From NCBI GenBank assembly GCA_014905635.1, contig JABVCE010000004.1:1054001-1118000 (forward strand): a stretch of 64,000 nt of DNA, written 5' to 3'. Shown here one piece after another: positions 12,253 through 24,943 of this stretch. The stretch comes from Scenedesmus sp. PABB004. Taxonomy: Eukaryota. The notes under the pieces are model-generated. The model ran no database searches. It was not told the origin of the DNA and saw only the letters and a program-made list of their open reading frames with translations. A program made the translations under genes and the position numbers. How positions within the stretch are numbered: the first letter of the stretch is position 1; each line of letters begins with the position of its first letter.

Positions 12253-13323
12253 TCACTCGATCGGGATCTCCTTGGCCTTGGGCTCGGCCTCGGGCTTCTT
12301 GGGGATGGTCACGACCAGCACGCCGTCGCGCGCGGTCGCGGTGATGCCCTCCGCGTCGACGTGCGGCGGCAGCGTGAACGAGCGCATGAAGCTGCCGAAG
12401 CGCCGCTCGACGCGCGTGGCGCGGCGCGGCGCGGGCTCAGCGCTGCCCTCCTTGGCGCTGGCGCCCTCCGCGGCCTCGCCGCCCTCCTTGGCCTCGCCCT
12501 CCTTGGCCTCCGCGGGCTCGCCGCCCCAGACGCGCTCCTCGCGGCGCTCGCCCGAGATGGTCAGCGTGCCGTCCATCAGCTGCAGCTTCACGTCGTCCTT
12601 GCCCCTGCACACCGGCGGCGGCGGCGGCGGCAGCGTGAGCGCGGCATGCCGCGCGCGGCAGGCAGGCGGCCGGGGCGCGCGCGGCGCGCTGCGGGTGCTT
12701 CCGGGTGCGTCCGGGCGCGCGCTGCGGTGGTGCAGCCGCGCCGCTCACATGCCGGGTATGTCGGCCTTGATGACAAACGCCTTCTCATCCTCCTCCACGT
12801 CGGTGGCGAGGCGCAGCGCCGGCAGCGCAGGCGCCACGGGCGCGGCGGCGGCGCCGCGCGGCGCGTCGAGGCTGCCGCGCCACGGCCCGAACAGCAGGTC
12901 GTCGTCGAGCAGCCCGAAGCCGCGTGTCAGGGCGGCCATCTCGCGCTCCATGTCGCTGAAGATGCTCGGCAGGCGGCCAAACCTGCGGCCGGCGGCGAGG
13001 GCGCGCGTGAGCGGCGGCGGCGGCGGCGGCGCGGCGCGGCCAGCGCAGGCAGCGCGGCGGCGGCGGCGGCGGCGGCGGCGCGCCCAGGCTCACATGGGGA
13101 AGGGGTCGCTCCGCATCATCATCGCGCCCATGCCCTCCGGCGCGCGGCGGGCCACGTGCTTGCCCTGCTCCTTCGGCGCCGCGTCGGCGGCGTCGCCCTC
13201 CTTGTAGGCGCGCAGGCCGTGCAGGCCGCGCGGCGCCAGGGCCTTCACGCTGGCGGGAACGCCGCCCGCGCGCGCGGAGCGGACCAGGACCGCCCCCGCG
13301 GGGCGCAGGCTGGTGGCGAGCAT
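12253..13323 (-). CDS. Organelle (plastid-type) small heat shock protein, HSP20/alpha-crystallin family, 3 exons
   Basis: Transit peptide, Met-rich segment (SIFSDMEREM), alpha-crystallin domain DVEEDEKAFVIKADIPGM...RVERRFGSFMRSFTLP...DGVLVVTIPK, C-terminal IxI (EIPIE). TGTAA on minus strand at 11900-11904. Confidence 0.95.
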
Positions 13324-13476
13324 GGTGTCGGGGTGCTGCTGCTGGCTGTGTGCGGTCGCTGGCGCGGGCGGTGGCGGGCGTCGTCTGCGACTCGGGCCCG
13401 GCGCAGGAGCGGGGCTCCTTAAGAGCGCGGCGAGCGGGCGGGTCGCGAAGCGGCGGGGGCGCGCCGAGGCGCGCCG

Positions 13477-13491
13477 CGAAGCTTCTCGAAC
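13477..13491. promoter_or_regulatory. Heat shock element upstream of the small HSP gene
   Basis: cGAAg-cTTCt-cGAAc, three perfect alternating nGAAn units, ~55 bp upstream of a TTAA TATA-like box (13419-13422) and ~155 bp upstream of the ATG. Confidence 0.85.
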
Positions 13492-13883
13492 CTCCGCGAC
13501 GCCGCGCGCTGCCGAGCTCGCCGGGCCGCCCGAGACCGGGGATGCGCCCCTGAGATTCGCGCTGGCGCCGACGCGCGATCCCGGGGCAGCAGCAGCGGCG
13601 TCACCAGCCTCGCCGACCGCCGCTGCTTCGTCCACTCTCTCGTCTCTCCAGCGTCAGCGCAGGATTGCAAGCAAGAATTCGAGGAGGACGCGTTAGGAAC
13701 AATCATGTGATGAATGAGCGCCGTGACGCGTGCACACTCCGCATTGGCGGCCCTGGACGCGCGCGCTGGCCCGCCCGCCCGCCCGCCCGCCCGCCCGCCT
13801 GCCCGCCCGCTGCCCGCCCAGCCGCCCTCCCCCTGCGCCCCCAGACGAATGCCGCCGACGCGCCGGGATCACCATCATCCGCA

Positions 13884-16800
13884 TCACCAGGCGGAGCCGT
13901 TGCCGAGCATGCGGTGGTGCGGCACGACCACGGGCGGCGCGTGCGCGCCGCCGCCCGGCGCCGCGCCGCCCGGCTGCAGCACGCCCTGCAGCACCAGCAG
14001 CCACAGGCCCAGCACCGCCGCGAGCAGGCCGTTGAGCAGCGCGAGCGCGCACACGCCGAGCGCCCAGCTCGGCGGCAGCGCCGCGGCGCGCAGCGCGGCC
14101 AGCCCCGCCGCGCAGGTGCCGGCGAGCGCGAGCACCACGGCCCACTGGTACAGCGGGCGCAGCAGCCGCGGCGGCGCGACGAGCGGGTTGGCGCACATCG
14201 GCATGCCCGGCCCGCCGAGGCCGCCGGCGCCGCCGCCGCCGCCGCGCTGCACACTCGCGGGCTGGTGGTGTGCGCGGCCGCCGCCGGCGCTGCAGGCCCC
14301 GCGCGGGGGAGCGGCGTGCGCGTGGTGCGCGTTGAAGTGCGCCTGCTCCGCCGCGGCCTTGCCCTGCGCCGCGGCGACCGCGTCGACGCGCGCCGCGAGC
14401 GCCTCCAACCCCGCGACGACCGCGGCCTGCTGCGCCTGCAGCGCCGCCGCGAGCGCCTCGAGCTCGCCGCCGCGCTTTGCGAGGCCGTCCACGCGCTTGG
14501 CGACCTTGCTCTGATCCAGTTTGAGCCCCATGATCTCGCCCTTGATGACGTCAAACAGGTTGCCGCTCTGCTTCGGCTTGGCCGCCGCGCCGCCGGCGCC
14601 CCAGCCGTCCGCGAGCGCGGCGGCGCCGGCGTCGCGCAGCGGCTGCGGCTGCTGCGCCGGCGGCTGCTGCTGCTGCAGCAGCGGCGGCGACGACGGCGCC
14701 GGCAACGGGACAGCCGCGACCTCCCCTGGAGCTGCTGGCACGCCAGGCTCGGCGCCGCCGGCGCCGTCGCCGCCAGCGGCAGCAGCCGGCGCGGCCGGCT
14801 CGCCCGCAGCGGGCGCGCTGCGGGCGGCGCTGGCCGTCGCCCTCGACGCGTCCGCGCCGCCGGGGACGTCCGCCGCCGCTGCGGGCGCTGCCGCAGGCAC
14901 AGCCGCCGCGTCGCCTTGCTGCGCCGGCGCGGCTGGAAGCTGCGTGGCGTTACTGGGCGCTGCTGCCGTGCCGGCGCCGCCCTCGCCGGCAGCCTCGCCA
15001 CCGGGTGCGGGCGCGTCGGCTGCCGTTGCGTTGGCGCTGCTGGTGGGCAGCGGCTGCTGCTCGCCGGGCGCCTGCGGCGTGGCCTCAGCCGCAACCGCAG
15101 CGGGCGCTGCTGCGTCCGCGAGCGGCCGTACGCTCTGCCGCTCTGCGCCGCTGCCACCCCCCTCCGGCAGGCCGCCGGCGTGCTGCTGCGTCGGAGCGGC
15201 GGGTGAGCTGCCGCCTGCCGCTGCGCCAGACGCCGCAGGCTGCTCCACGGCCGGCGCGCCCCCGTCGGGCGCACCAGCTGGCGTCGCCGACTGCTGCGCC
15301 GAGGGGGCGCTGCCAGGCGACCGGTCGCTGGGCGCGTCCTGCTGCGCGGGCAACGACGGCTGCTCCTGCAGCGGCGCCTCGCCCGCTGGCGGCAGCTGCT
15401 GGCTCGAAGGCGCCGCCGGCAGCGGGGTGGTGGGCCATGCCGTGACGCTGGCGTCTGCTGCCGCGGGCGCTCCCGCGTGCGCGCCTGGCGCCGCGCCAGC
15501 CGCCTGCTGATGCTGCTGCACCGCCGCCTGCTGCCCCACCGCCTGCGCCACCGGCGCGGTCGCCGCAGCCGCCGCTGCCGCCGCTGCCGCCGCTGCCGCC
15601 GCTGCCGCGGCTGCCTCCTGCGCGGCGTGGTGCTGCTGCTGCGCCGCCGCGATCGCCGCGAGCGCCGCCTGCTGCTGCTCCTGCTCCTCGCCCTCGCCCT
15701 CCAGCTCCTGCAGCGCGAGCGCCTCCTCCAGCTCCTGCGCGGCGCTCACGCCCAGCACCTGCGGCGGCCGCGGCGGCGGTGGCGGCGGGGTGTCGCGCCC
15801 CCATGCGCGCGCCGGGCTGGCTGGAGGGTGGTCACGGACACGGCCAAGCGGCGGCGGCGCCGCCGCACCTCAATGCTGTTCATTGCGCACATGGCCTCGG
15901 CGCCGTAGTGCGTGTCGAACGAGAGCAGCAGGTAGCGCACGCGGCTGCGCGCGGGCAGGCTGAACGCCTGGGTGCCGCGCCGGTTCTCGGCCGTGAACGC
16001 GCCGAGCAGCGCCCACGCGTCGCTCGCGACGCTCGCCGCGAGGTCGGCGCCGTCCTTGCGCGGGTGGCTTGAGCGGCCAAACACGCGGAAGCCCTGCACC
16101 CGGCTGGAGTAGAGCTCCTTCATCGTCAGCCGCACCGCCTCGACCGTGCCCAGCTGCGCGGCGCGGCCGCAGCGGCGGCGCGCGTCGGCGGCAGCGCCAG
16201 CGGTGGCAGCCGTGGCGGCGGCGGCGCGCGTGCGGGCGGCGCGAGCGCGCGCGCGGCGGCGGCTGCGAGGCGGCGCCCGCCGCGGGCGCGCCTGCGAGAG
16301 CTCGATCATCATCCACTTGTGCGCGGCGCAGTCGTTCTTCATGAACGAGTCCACGTCCTTGTCGATCGCGCGCTCGGGGCGCTTGGCCTCGGGGTTGGCC
16401 GCCAGCACGCTCGCGCCGTCGCCCGAGTCGGCGAGGTTGAGCAGCCGCCGCACCGGCGGCGGCGCGTGCTCCGCCGCCGGCGGCACGGGCGCCGGCTCGC
16501 CCGCAGCCTGCGGCGCCTGCGGCGCCTGCGGCGCCTGCTGCTGCGACTGCTGCTGCTGCGACTGCTGCGGCGGCTGCACCTCCTGCGACTGCTGCTGCTG
16601 CTGCTGCGACTGCGACTGCGACTGCTGTGCCGGCTCCCCCAGCTGCTGCTGGGGCGCCGCCGCCGGGTCGACGGGAGCGGCTGCCGCTGCGCCGCCGGCC
16701 TGCGCGTCGAGCTGCGCCGCCGCGGCACTGCTGCAGCGCAGCGGGTCGCTGCTGCACTGCTGCTGCGGCGGGGCGTGATCGAGCTCTCGCGCCGCCGTCG

Positions 16801-17501
16801 CCGCCGCCGCCGCCGCCGCGTGCTGGACGTGCGCTTGCTGCTGCTGCCCCGAGTCCTGCGAGTGCTCCGCTCCCTGCGCTACCTGCTGGTGCTGCTGCTG
16901 ATGCTGCTGCTGTTCCTGATGCTGTCCCTGCTGCTGCTGCCCCTGCTGCGCCCCTCGGCGGGCGGACGTGCCCTGGATGAAGGTTGGGTGTGGCGAGAAG
17001 GCGCCGCCCCAGCCGCCCGCCCGCGCCGTCGGCTTCATCATCTGCGGCGGCCGCGCGGGGCCGCGAGCGGGGCGGCAGGGGCGTCAGCCAGGGCGCGAGA
17101 AGCGGGCGCGGGCGCCCCGGCGGCGCGCGGCGGCGCGCGCCAGGCCGCGCGCCGCTGCTGCGCACCGGCCAGGGCGCCAGGGCGGCCGCGCCGAGCGTGC
17201 CGGCGCGTCCTGCGGCGTGCGGGAGTGGTGAGGCGGCCGGGGCGGCACGGCCGCGCGGGCGGGCGCGGGTGCGGGCGGGCGGGCGCCGACCATGGCTCGC
17301 GGGGCCGGCGCAGGCCAGCAGCAGTCCCAGCAGCAGGACCGGCACCATCCACGCCAATCGTCGGAACCGTGAGACCCGCCCCAGAGCCGTGCGCTGCCCC
17401 ACAGCGCGGGCGGGGGCCGCTCGCGCCGTTCGGCCTAGTCGCCCGCGCCCGGCGGCCCCCCACGCTGCCGCGGCGGTGCCTTGACGGGTGCGTCTGGTCA
17501 T
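13884..17501 (-). CDS. Mid-SUN domain protein (SLP1/SUCO/SUN3-5 family)
   Basis: N-terminal TM, SUN domain NLADSGDGASVLAANPEAK...FMKNDC...IELSQ...ELYSSRV...VRYLLLSFDTHYGAEAMCAMNSIEVLG, coiled coil (NLFDVIKGEIMGLKLDQ) and C-terminal TM helices. 5' exon structure uncertain. Confidence 0.88.
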
Positions 17502-17716
17502 GCGGGGAGCGCGGTCGCGGGGCGGCGGCGGCGCGGCGTGGCGGCACAGCAGAACCTGAGCAGCAGCGGCGCCGCACTCAACCGGCGCTGCCAGCGGCCG
17601 CCGCACAATCCGGTCTTCTGCCGCTCTCCCGTGCGCGCACGCAACTCCAGCACTTTCACCTGTTCGCCTGCGCACCCAGCAGCAGCAGCAGCGATCAGCG
17701 GCGGCAGCGGGCGGCG

Positions 17717-18879
17717 ATGGCGGACCTACCGAGCGAAAAGGCGGCGGCGCGATCAAAGTTCCGGTCCACCCAGGCCCTCAAGCGCGCCCACGGCTCCCGC
17801 GGGCGTGGCCGGGGCGGCGGCGGCGCGCGGCCCGCCGCGCGCGCGGCGCCGGAGCTCGACTCCAACGCCGACAGGTGCTCGCACCGCGCTGGCGCCGCTG
17901 CCGGCGCCGCTGCGGGCGCAGCCGCTGCGGGCGCAGCCGCTGCGGGCGCTGCCGCTGCGCTGCCGCGCCGACCGCCGCGCGCGTGGGCCGCCGCCCGCGC
18001 AGGTACGCGGCGTCGGACGAGGACGCCGGCTCCGGCGACGACGGCGCCGCGCCGAGCCGCCGGTCGGAGGGCGCCGACCTGTCGGTGCTGCTGGCCGAGG
18101 GCGAGCAGTTCTTCGCGCAGGCGCACTACCGCTACCGCTCGTTCGCGGACGCCGGCGCCGACGTCGTGCCGCCGCCGGTGGACGTGGCGGCGCTCGAGGC
18201 GGAGCTCGCGGTCGACGCGGGCGCGCTGCTCGCCGCGCTGCAGCAGCTGCCGCTGGGGCGCGTGCTGGGCCTGGAGCCAGAGTACCTGCTGGACCTCGGC
18301 CTCAGCCTGCAGCAGTCGGCGGCCGCGGCCGCCGCCGCGGCGGACGCCGCCGCGGCCGCCGTCGACGCGCCGCGCCAGCAGCAGCAGCCGGCGCCGGCGC
18401 CGGCGCCGGCGCCGGTGCACGCGCCGGCGGCCGTGGCGCAGAGAGGCCCCCCGCAGGCCGCTGCCGCGGCAGCACCGGCGGCAGGCAGCGCGGCAGCAGC
18501 CGCGCTGCGCACCAGCTGCGGCGGTGGCGGTGACGATGACGACGTGCTGCAGCAGCTGCTTGCGGCAAGCGGTGGCGGGCCGGAGGCGGCAGCGCCGCGC
18601 AGCGGCGCGGCGCCCAGCAGCTCCGCGCGGCTGCCGCCGCACCTGCAGCCGCGCCAGCCGGCGCCGGCGCCGGCGCCGCGAGCACCAGCGCCCGCAGCGG
18701 CGGCGGCAGCAGCGGGCGACGACGAGCTGGACGAGCTGCTGAGCCTCTGCGGCGCGGCGGCGCCCGCGCCCGGCGCGCCGCAGGCCGCCGACGCTGCGGC
18801 CGCAGCGCCGGCGCCGCGCGGCGCGGCCGCCGGCGGCAGCAAGAAGCAGAGCCTGGAGGCATGGCTCGACGGCTTCTGA
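17717..18879 (+). CDS. Aven / RIPR(CER16)-like protein, 2 exons
   Basis: RGG-rich N-terminus, [38 protein letters not shown] and terminal SLEAWLDGF resemble recalled Aven blocks (SNWDRY, DFSVLL, ALQELPL, LEDWLD). Confidence 0.72.
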
Positions 18880-19048
18880 CGGCCAGCGCGTGCTCAGGGC
18901 CGCGCCAGCGCTGGTTACCCCACACGCCCCGCCCGCCGCGCAGCAGCCGCTCGCTGCTGTAGTAGTGCGCCCCCTCCCGGCAAGAAAACCTGCTCCACGG
19001 CGCACGGGCGCCGCGCCGCGCTGCTGCTGCCGCCAGCCTGCCGCGCCG

Positions 19049-19619
19049 TCACTTGCCCGACCCGAGCAGCTGCCCCACGATCGCCACCGTCTGCGGCGCG
19101 CGCCGGGGTGTCCCAGCGGCTCAGCGGCGGCGGGGCGCGCGTGCGCGCGGGGGCCGCGGCACGCACGCCTGCCCGCCATGGCCGCGCCGCCGCGCACCTG
19201 CCAGTACTTGGCCGCGCAGCGGTCGATGCAGCTGCTCTCGCCCACGCTGAGGATGCCCTCCTTGTACGGCTTGGCCGAGCACTTCTCGTGACAGCTCGCC
19301 ACCATCCTGCGGGCGCGGCGCGGCCGTGCGCGCCGCGCGTCAGCGCCCGCCGGCGCTGCCGCTGCAACTGCCGCCGCGGTGCCGCCGCGCTGCGACCACC
19401 GGGGTGCCGCACCTGTTGAGCAGCTCCACGCGATACTCCAGCTCTGCAGGCGGGGCAGCGGCGGCGGCGCGGTCGGCGGCAGCAGCGGCGGTCGGCCGGC
19501 GGCAGCGCTGCTGCCGGCACCGGCCTGCGGCGGAGCGCGCGGCGCCTCCCGCGCGGCGCACCGGTGGCGGCCATGGCCATGGCGGACGCCGCGGCCTGGG
19601 CGTCCTCCTGGGAGCCCAT
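19049..19619 (-). CDS. TIM10: Mitochondrial intermembrane-space small Tim chaperone Tim10
   Basis: [20 protein letters not shown]...[18 protein letters not shown] with twin CX3C motif across 4 exons. Confidence 0.93.
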
Positions 19620-20030
19620 CTCGCAGCCGGCGGCGCGGAGCGGCGGGCGGCGGGCTGCGCTGTGCTCTGCTCTGCCGCCTGTCGTCCGGAGGGAGCGCGT
19701 GGTGAGGCAGTGCGCAGCCCGCGTTGCCCCGCGGCACGCACGGCTGCGCCGCCGCCTTGGGCTTTGGCACGCGGCTGCGTCGCGCCTTGCCGGTCGCGCC
19801 TCTCGGTCGGCTGACCGCGACGACAACCTGCAAGGCAATCGGTGGGCCGCGCCGCTTGGCTGCGGCGGCCACGGCGGGGGCCATCGGCCGCCACGCGGCG
19901 CGCGCGCAGCACGCGGCCGAGCGAATTACACGCAAGTGCCGGCGCATCGCTGCGCCCCTCGCTGCGCCCCACCACGGTGGCCGGGCAGTCCGATTGAGCA
20001 GCGCGCCCTTGGTCCGGGCGCCGCTAGCGC

Positions 20031-21995
20031 TCAGCGCCGCGCCGCCTCGGCCGCGGCGGCCGCCTCGGCGACCGCGTCCGCGCAGTCCGCCATGCCCGCG
20101 TCGCGCAGCTGCTCCACGAGCGCCTCCACCTCGGCGGCCTGGATCGCGTACGGGCTGTACGCCTGCCCCGGGAACAGCCCGTCCACGACCTGCGCGGAGG
20201 GCAGGCGCCGCGGGCCGTCGCGGTCGGCGCCGGCGCGCGGGCCGCCGCCGCCGGCCGGCGCGCGCGCCGCCGGCGCCGCGTCCCCGCAAAGCCGGCGCCC
20301 GCACCTCCTCGCGGTACTGCACGAGCGCGCGGTTGATGGACTCGCCGACCTCGGCGTAGCGCTTGCAGAACTTGGGCGTGACCTTGGCGTGGTGGGGGTG
20401 GGTCATCATGCCCAGGAGGTCGTGGTACACCAGCACCTGCGCAGCAGCAGCAGCAGCGCGGCGCGGGGCGGGCCGGGGCAGGGGCGGCGGGAGGGGCAGG
20501 GACGGCACAGCGCGGCGCGGCGGGGGCGCGTCGGCGGCGCGCGGCGGGCGGCGGGCAGCGGGCGGCGGGCGGCGGGCGGGCCGGCGCGGCGCGGAGGCGG
20601 CGCGCGCCTGGCCGCTGCACTGCGGCCCCGCGCCGATGCCGATGGTGGGGATGCGCAGGGCCTTGGTCACCGCAGCCGCGATGGGCGCGGGGATGCACTC
20701 CAGCACGAGCGCAAAGCACCCGCTCGCCTGCGGCGCCGGGCGGTGCGGCGGGCGGGCTCGGCGTCCTGGCCAGGCCGCGCCGAGGCGCGGCCGGGTGGCG
20801 CCGGCCTCGCCGCCGGGGCCGCCGCGCCGCACCTGCAGCGCCTTGGCCTGGTTGATCACGCGCAGCGCCTCGCTCGCGACCTGCGCCTGAGGCCGGAAGC
20901 CGCCTGCGGCGGCGGCGGCGGCGGCGGTCGAGCCGTGCGCGGCGCTTGAGCGCGGCGGCCGCCGGCGCCGCTGCCTCGCATGCGCACGCGCGCGCGCGCG
21001 CGCCGCCGCGCACCCAGCACCGACACGCTCTGCGGCGTGAGCCCCACGTGCCCCATGACCGCCACGCCAGCCTCCACGATCGCGCGCGCCGCCTCGACGC
21101 GCGCAGGGCTGCCGCCTGCGCCGGCGCGGGCGCGGCTCGGCCGCGCGCCCGCCGTCACAGCAGCAGCAGCACCAGCACCAGCAGCCGCAGCTCTGCACTA
21201 TCCCGCGCCGCCGCCCCTCCGTCCCGCGCGCCGCTGCGCCGCCACGCACCCTCGAGCTTGACCGCGTCCATGCCGCCCTCCTTGAGCATGCGCACCGCGC
21301 TGCGCACCGCGTCGGTCGCGCTGAGCTCGTAGCTGCCAAAGGGGAGGTCGCCGACGAGGAACGCGCGCGCCGCGCCGCGCGACACGGCCTTGCAGTGGCT
21401 GAGCATGTCGTCGAGCGTGACCGGCAGCGTCGTGTCGTGCCCATGCACGACCATGCTCACACTGTCGCCCACGAGCAGCACGTCGATGTCCGCCTGGTCC
21501 ACCTGGGCGCGCGCGCGCGCGCCGGCCCGCGGCGGCGGCGGGGAGGCCTCGGCGGGGCGCGCCCGCGCGGCCCAACCGCCGCGCCCGCCGCGCCACGCCG
21601 CGCCGCGCCCGTCGTGCCCGCCGCGCCGCGTCGCGCCGCGCCGCGCCGCGCCGCGCCGCGCACGTGCACGGCTGAGGGGTAGTCGTACGCGGTGCACATG
21701 GAGATGGGGACCCCCTTTTCGTACTTGGCCCGCAGCGTGCGCAGCGTGACGGCCTTGCGGCTCGGCTGCGGGCCGGCGTAGACCTGGATCTCGGGGTGCG
21801 CCGACGCAAAGCCCCGCGCGCCGCCCCCACACGCCGCCCACGTGCGCAGCAGGCCGCCTGCGGCCGCGCCGGCGGCGGCGCGGCTCGGCGGGCCGCCGCG
21901 GGCGCGCAACCGCCGCCGCCGGCGGCCGCCGCGCCGCGCGCACCCGCCGCCGCGGCGTGGCCCGCCGCCGCGTGCCGCAGGGCCGCCAGCAGCAT
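20031..21995 (-). CDS. panB: 3-methyl-2-oxobutanoate hydroxymethyltransferase (ketopantoate hydroxymethyltransferase), mitochondrial-type presequence
   Basis: [72 protein letters not shown] on minus strand at 19926-19930. Confidence 0.96.
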
Positions 21996-22381
21996 CGTGG
22001 TGACTCCCGGAATCAGGCGCGGGGCCTCATTGGGCCCGTGCGGCGCGCGCTCCGCGAGACGCAGCGGTGCTGCTGCTGCTGCCCAGGGCGGGCGCTGGAC
22101 GGCGCGCTGGGCGGGCCGGTTGAGCGCACGGCGATGCGGCGGTGCCGACTGGATGGCGAGCGCGGGCACGCGGCCGTCGCGCGCCGCCGCCCGCTGCGTG
22201 ACGCCCATCGTTAGCGGAGGCGGCGTGTTAAGGGCGCCCCGCCGCTCGGGCCGCCCCCACAACCGCGTGTCCCGACGCCATCTCCGCTCGCGCACTGCGC
22301 ACGCGCCGCTGCCGCCGCACGCTGCTGCCGCTGCCGCCGAGTGGACCGCAGCCGCACGCCGCTGCCGCTGCCGGCGCGAGC

Positions 22382-23220
22382 ATGCGCGTGCAGGCCTGCA
22401 TCAGCAGTAGAGCGGGCCAGGGCGCCGCCGGCGGCGCGCCGCTGCGGCGCAGCGCGGTGCTGCGGCGGGCCGGCGGCGGCGCTGCGTGGCTCGCGGCGAC
22501 GGGCGGGCTGGCCCTCGCGGCCGCGGCCGCGGCGTCGGCGCGCGGCGCCGGCGGCGGCGACGCGCAGTCCCTCGTGCGGCGCGGCATGGACAAGTTCCGG
22601 CGCGGAGACGTCGAGGGCAGCGTTGAGGACTTTGACGCCGCGCTCGCGGCCGACCCGCGCCTGCGGCCGTACCTGTGGCAGCGCGGCCTGAGCCTCTACT
22701 ACACCGGCGAGTTTGAGCAGGGCGCGAAGCAGTTCAGGTCCGGGGCGCGACGGCGGGGCGGGGGAAGCGGGCGGTGCGCTGGCCGGCCGCCGACCTGCAC
22801 ACGCGCCCGCCGCCGCTGACCGGGGCCAGGGACGACGTCGCGGTCAACCCGAACGACACGGAGGAGTCCATCTGGGCGCTGCTCTGCGAGGCGCAGCTGG
22901 TCGGACCCGAGGCGGCGCGCGCGCAGGTGCTGGCGGTCGGGCGCGACCCGCGACCGGTCATGCGCGCGGCGTGGCAGTGCTTTGCGACGGGGCGCGATCC
23001 GGACGCCATCCTGGCCGCCGCGCGCGGCGACGCGGGCGGGCACGACACCTTTTACGCGCAGCTCTACGTCGGCCTCTGGCACGAGGCGCACGGCGACGCG
23101 GAGCGCGCGCGCGCCGCGATCACGGCGGCGGTCGAGACGCCATACGCGCGGCAGTCGGGCGACTACATGGCCGCGCTCGCGCGCGTGCACGCCCAGCGGC
23201 GCGGCTGGGCGGCGGCGTGA
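22382..23220 (+). CDS. NlpI-like TPR protein, probably plastid-targeted, 2 exons
   Basis: RGMDKFRRGDVEGSVEDFD...PYLWQRGLSLYY...QFRDDVAVNPNDTEESIW...FYAQLYVGLWHE...DYMAALARVH. Confidence 0.85.
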
Positions 23221-23571
23221 ACGATGCGGCGCTCGCGGCACGCGCGGGCGCGGCGGGCTCGCGTGTGACCATCCGTTACAGAAAGGCCCCTCCCCCCTAA
23301 AACGCGAGCCGAAAGTGATCAATCAAATGAAGCAGCGCGCGGGCCGCGCGCCAGCCAGCGCGCGCGGGCCGCGCCGACCCCCACCCCGCCGCCGCTCGCG
23401 CTGCCGCCCGGCCCGGCCCAGGCCAGCCGGGCGCCGCGGTGCGCGCGTGGTCCCGGCCGCTTGCGTCGCCGTCGGAGCGTCTGGGCGCTCACGGGAAGAC
23501 GTGTGAGCGCTCGCTGGCAGGCGTGCAGTGTGTAAACACTGTTTAACCGCCGTTTAAACACCGTTTAGGCA

Positions 23572-24226
23572 CTACTGGAAGACGTCGATGAAGGCCATGA
23601 GCGTGATGGCGAGCAGCGTGACCATGACGATGCAGCCGAGCGTGATGGGGCCGACCTTGTCGTCAAAGAACCCGACCTGCTTGCGGTGCATGAACTTGGA
23701 GCGCCACTCGTAGGTGAAGAGGGCGTAGCAGATCATGAGCACCGCGACGGGGACGTACACCGCGCTCACGAGGTCGACCGTGCGCCGGCTGATGAGCCGG
23801 CCCTCGCTCGACCCCGTCGCGCTCATCGACAGGCCCACCATCGCGCTCGACACGCCGCCCATGGTCGTCGCCATGGAGCACCAGGAGAGGAAGGTGCGCT
23901 CGTTGGCTGCGCGCGCGCGGCGGCGCCGCGGCGGCGGCGCGGCGGCGGCGCGGCGGCGGCGGGGCCGGTGGTGGGCCGGGGCGCGCGACACGCGGCGCGG
24001 CGGCGGGCACCGGCACGGGCGCGCACGGCGGCCGCCCGGCTGCCCGGCCGCAGCCCGCGGGCCCGGCCACCTGTCTGCCCGCGTGCGCCGCAGGCGCCGC
24101 ACCAAAGTACGACTTGGGCTCCACGCGCATCGGCACCTTGCGCGGCAGCTGCAGCGCGGCGCCCGGCGTGTGGTAGCGCGTGCCAAAGAGCGTGTCAAAC
24201 ACCTGCGCCTTGGCCTGGTCCGCCAT
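23572..24226 (-). CDS. VTC1: Vacuolar transporter chaperone 1 (polyphosphate synthesis complex, DUF202), 2 exons
   Basis: PRKVPMRVEPKSYF|ANERTFLSW, three TM helices, YEWRS...GFFDDKVGP. Confidence 0.93.
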
Positions 24227-24943
24227 GGCTGCTGGTCGCCTGCGCCGGCCCCGCTGCCGCTGCGACTGCTGCTGCTGCTCCGGCGCCGGCGGGCACCGCA
24301 GTGCCGGTGGGGCGGGCCTGCGACGGGCGGCGCGGGGCAGGGCGTCGATCGCGGCGCCGCGGCGAGCCGTGCGGCGCGCGTGGGGTCGCTGCCGGCCTTG
24401 ATACCCGCGCTGCTGCTGCCGGGCGGCCTCCGCGCGCCTCCCGGCCCGCGGCCCCGCGGCAGCCGGCGCCCCCGCACGCCCGCGGCCGGAGAGGGCTCCT
24501 CGCGGGCGCCGCGGGCCGCCCGGGCCGCTGCCGCGCGGCGCTCACCTGCGGGCGCTCCGCGCGGAATCTGGCCCTGCAGCCTCCGCTGAGCCGGCACGCG
24601 CGTGTGGCCGCTCAGATCGGGCGGGAGGCGGCACTGGCTGCGGCGCGGGCGGCGGCGGCCTGGGGCGGCGGCGCGGCGGCGCGTCACTCCGGGGCGCAAG
24701 GGCTTCCTGTGGCCGGCGCGAGCAGGAGCGGAGCAGCGAGGGGAGCTGTAGTAGAGCGTCCCATCGTGAACGGCGCGGTGGGGGCGCGAGCCGCGCGCGA
24801 CGGGGGCAGCCACCGGCTGCGCCGCCCCGCGCCGGCGGCGGCCGCGCCCCCGCCCAAGGTCCGAGCTCGTGGCCGCTGCGCCCAGGCCACTGCTGGTGCT
24901 CCCTCACGCCTGGTGAGCGCTGCGGCGCTGTACGCGGCTCGGC

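Noticed and set aside
16146..16778. Metallothionein-like poly-Cys ORF
   Set aside because: Reverse complement of CAG-rich codons in the SUN gene.
4004..18879. Programmed-cell-death cluster (LSD1 + Aven-like)
   Set aside because: Genes are 12 kb apart with unrelated genes between them; no evidence of functional clustering.
17695..21444. 1249-aa ORF as a panB-TIM10-Aven fusion
   Set aside because: Chance read-through of introns and intergenic DNA; panB has its own stop and TGTAA, and TIM10 has its own start and stop.
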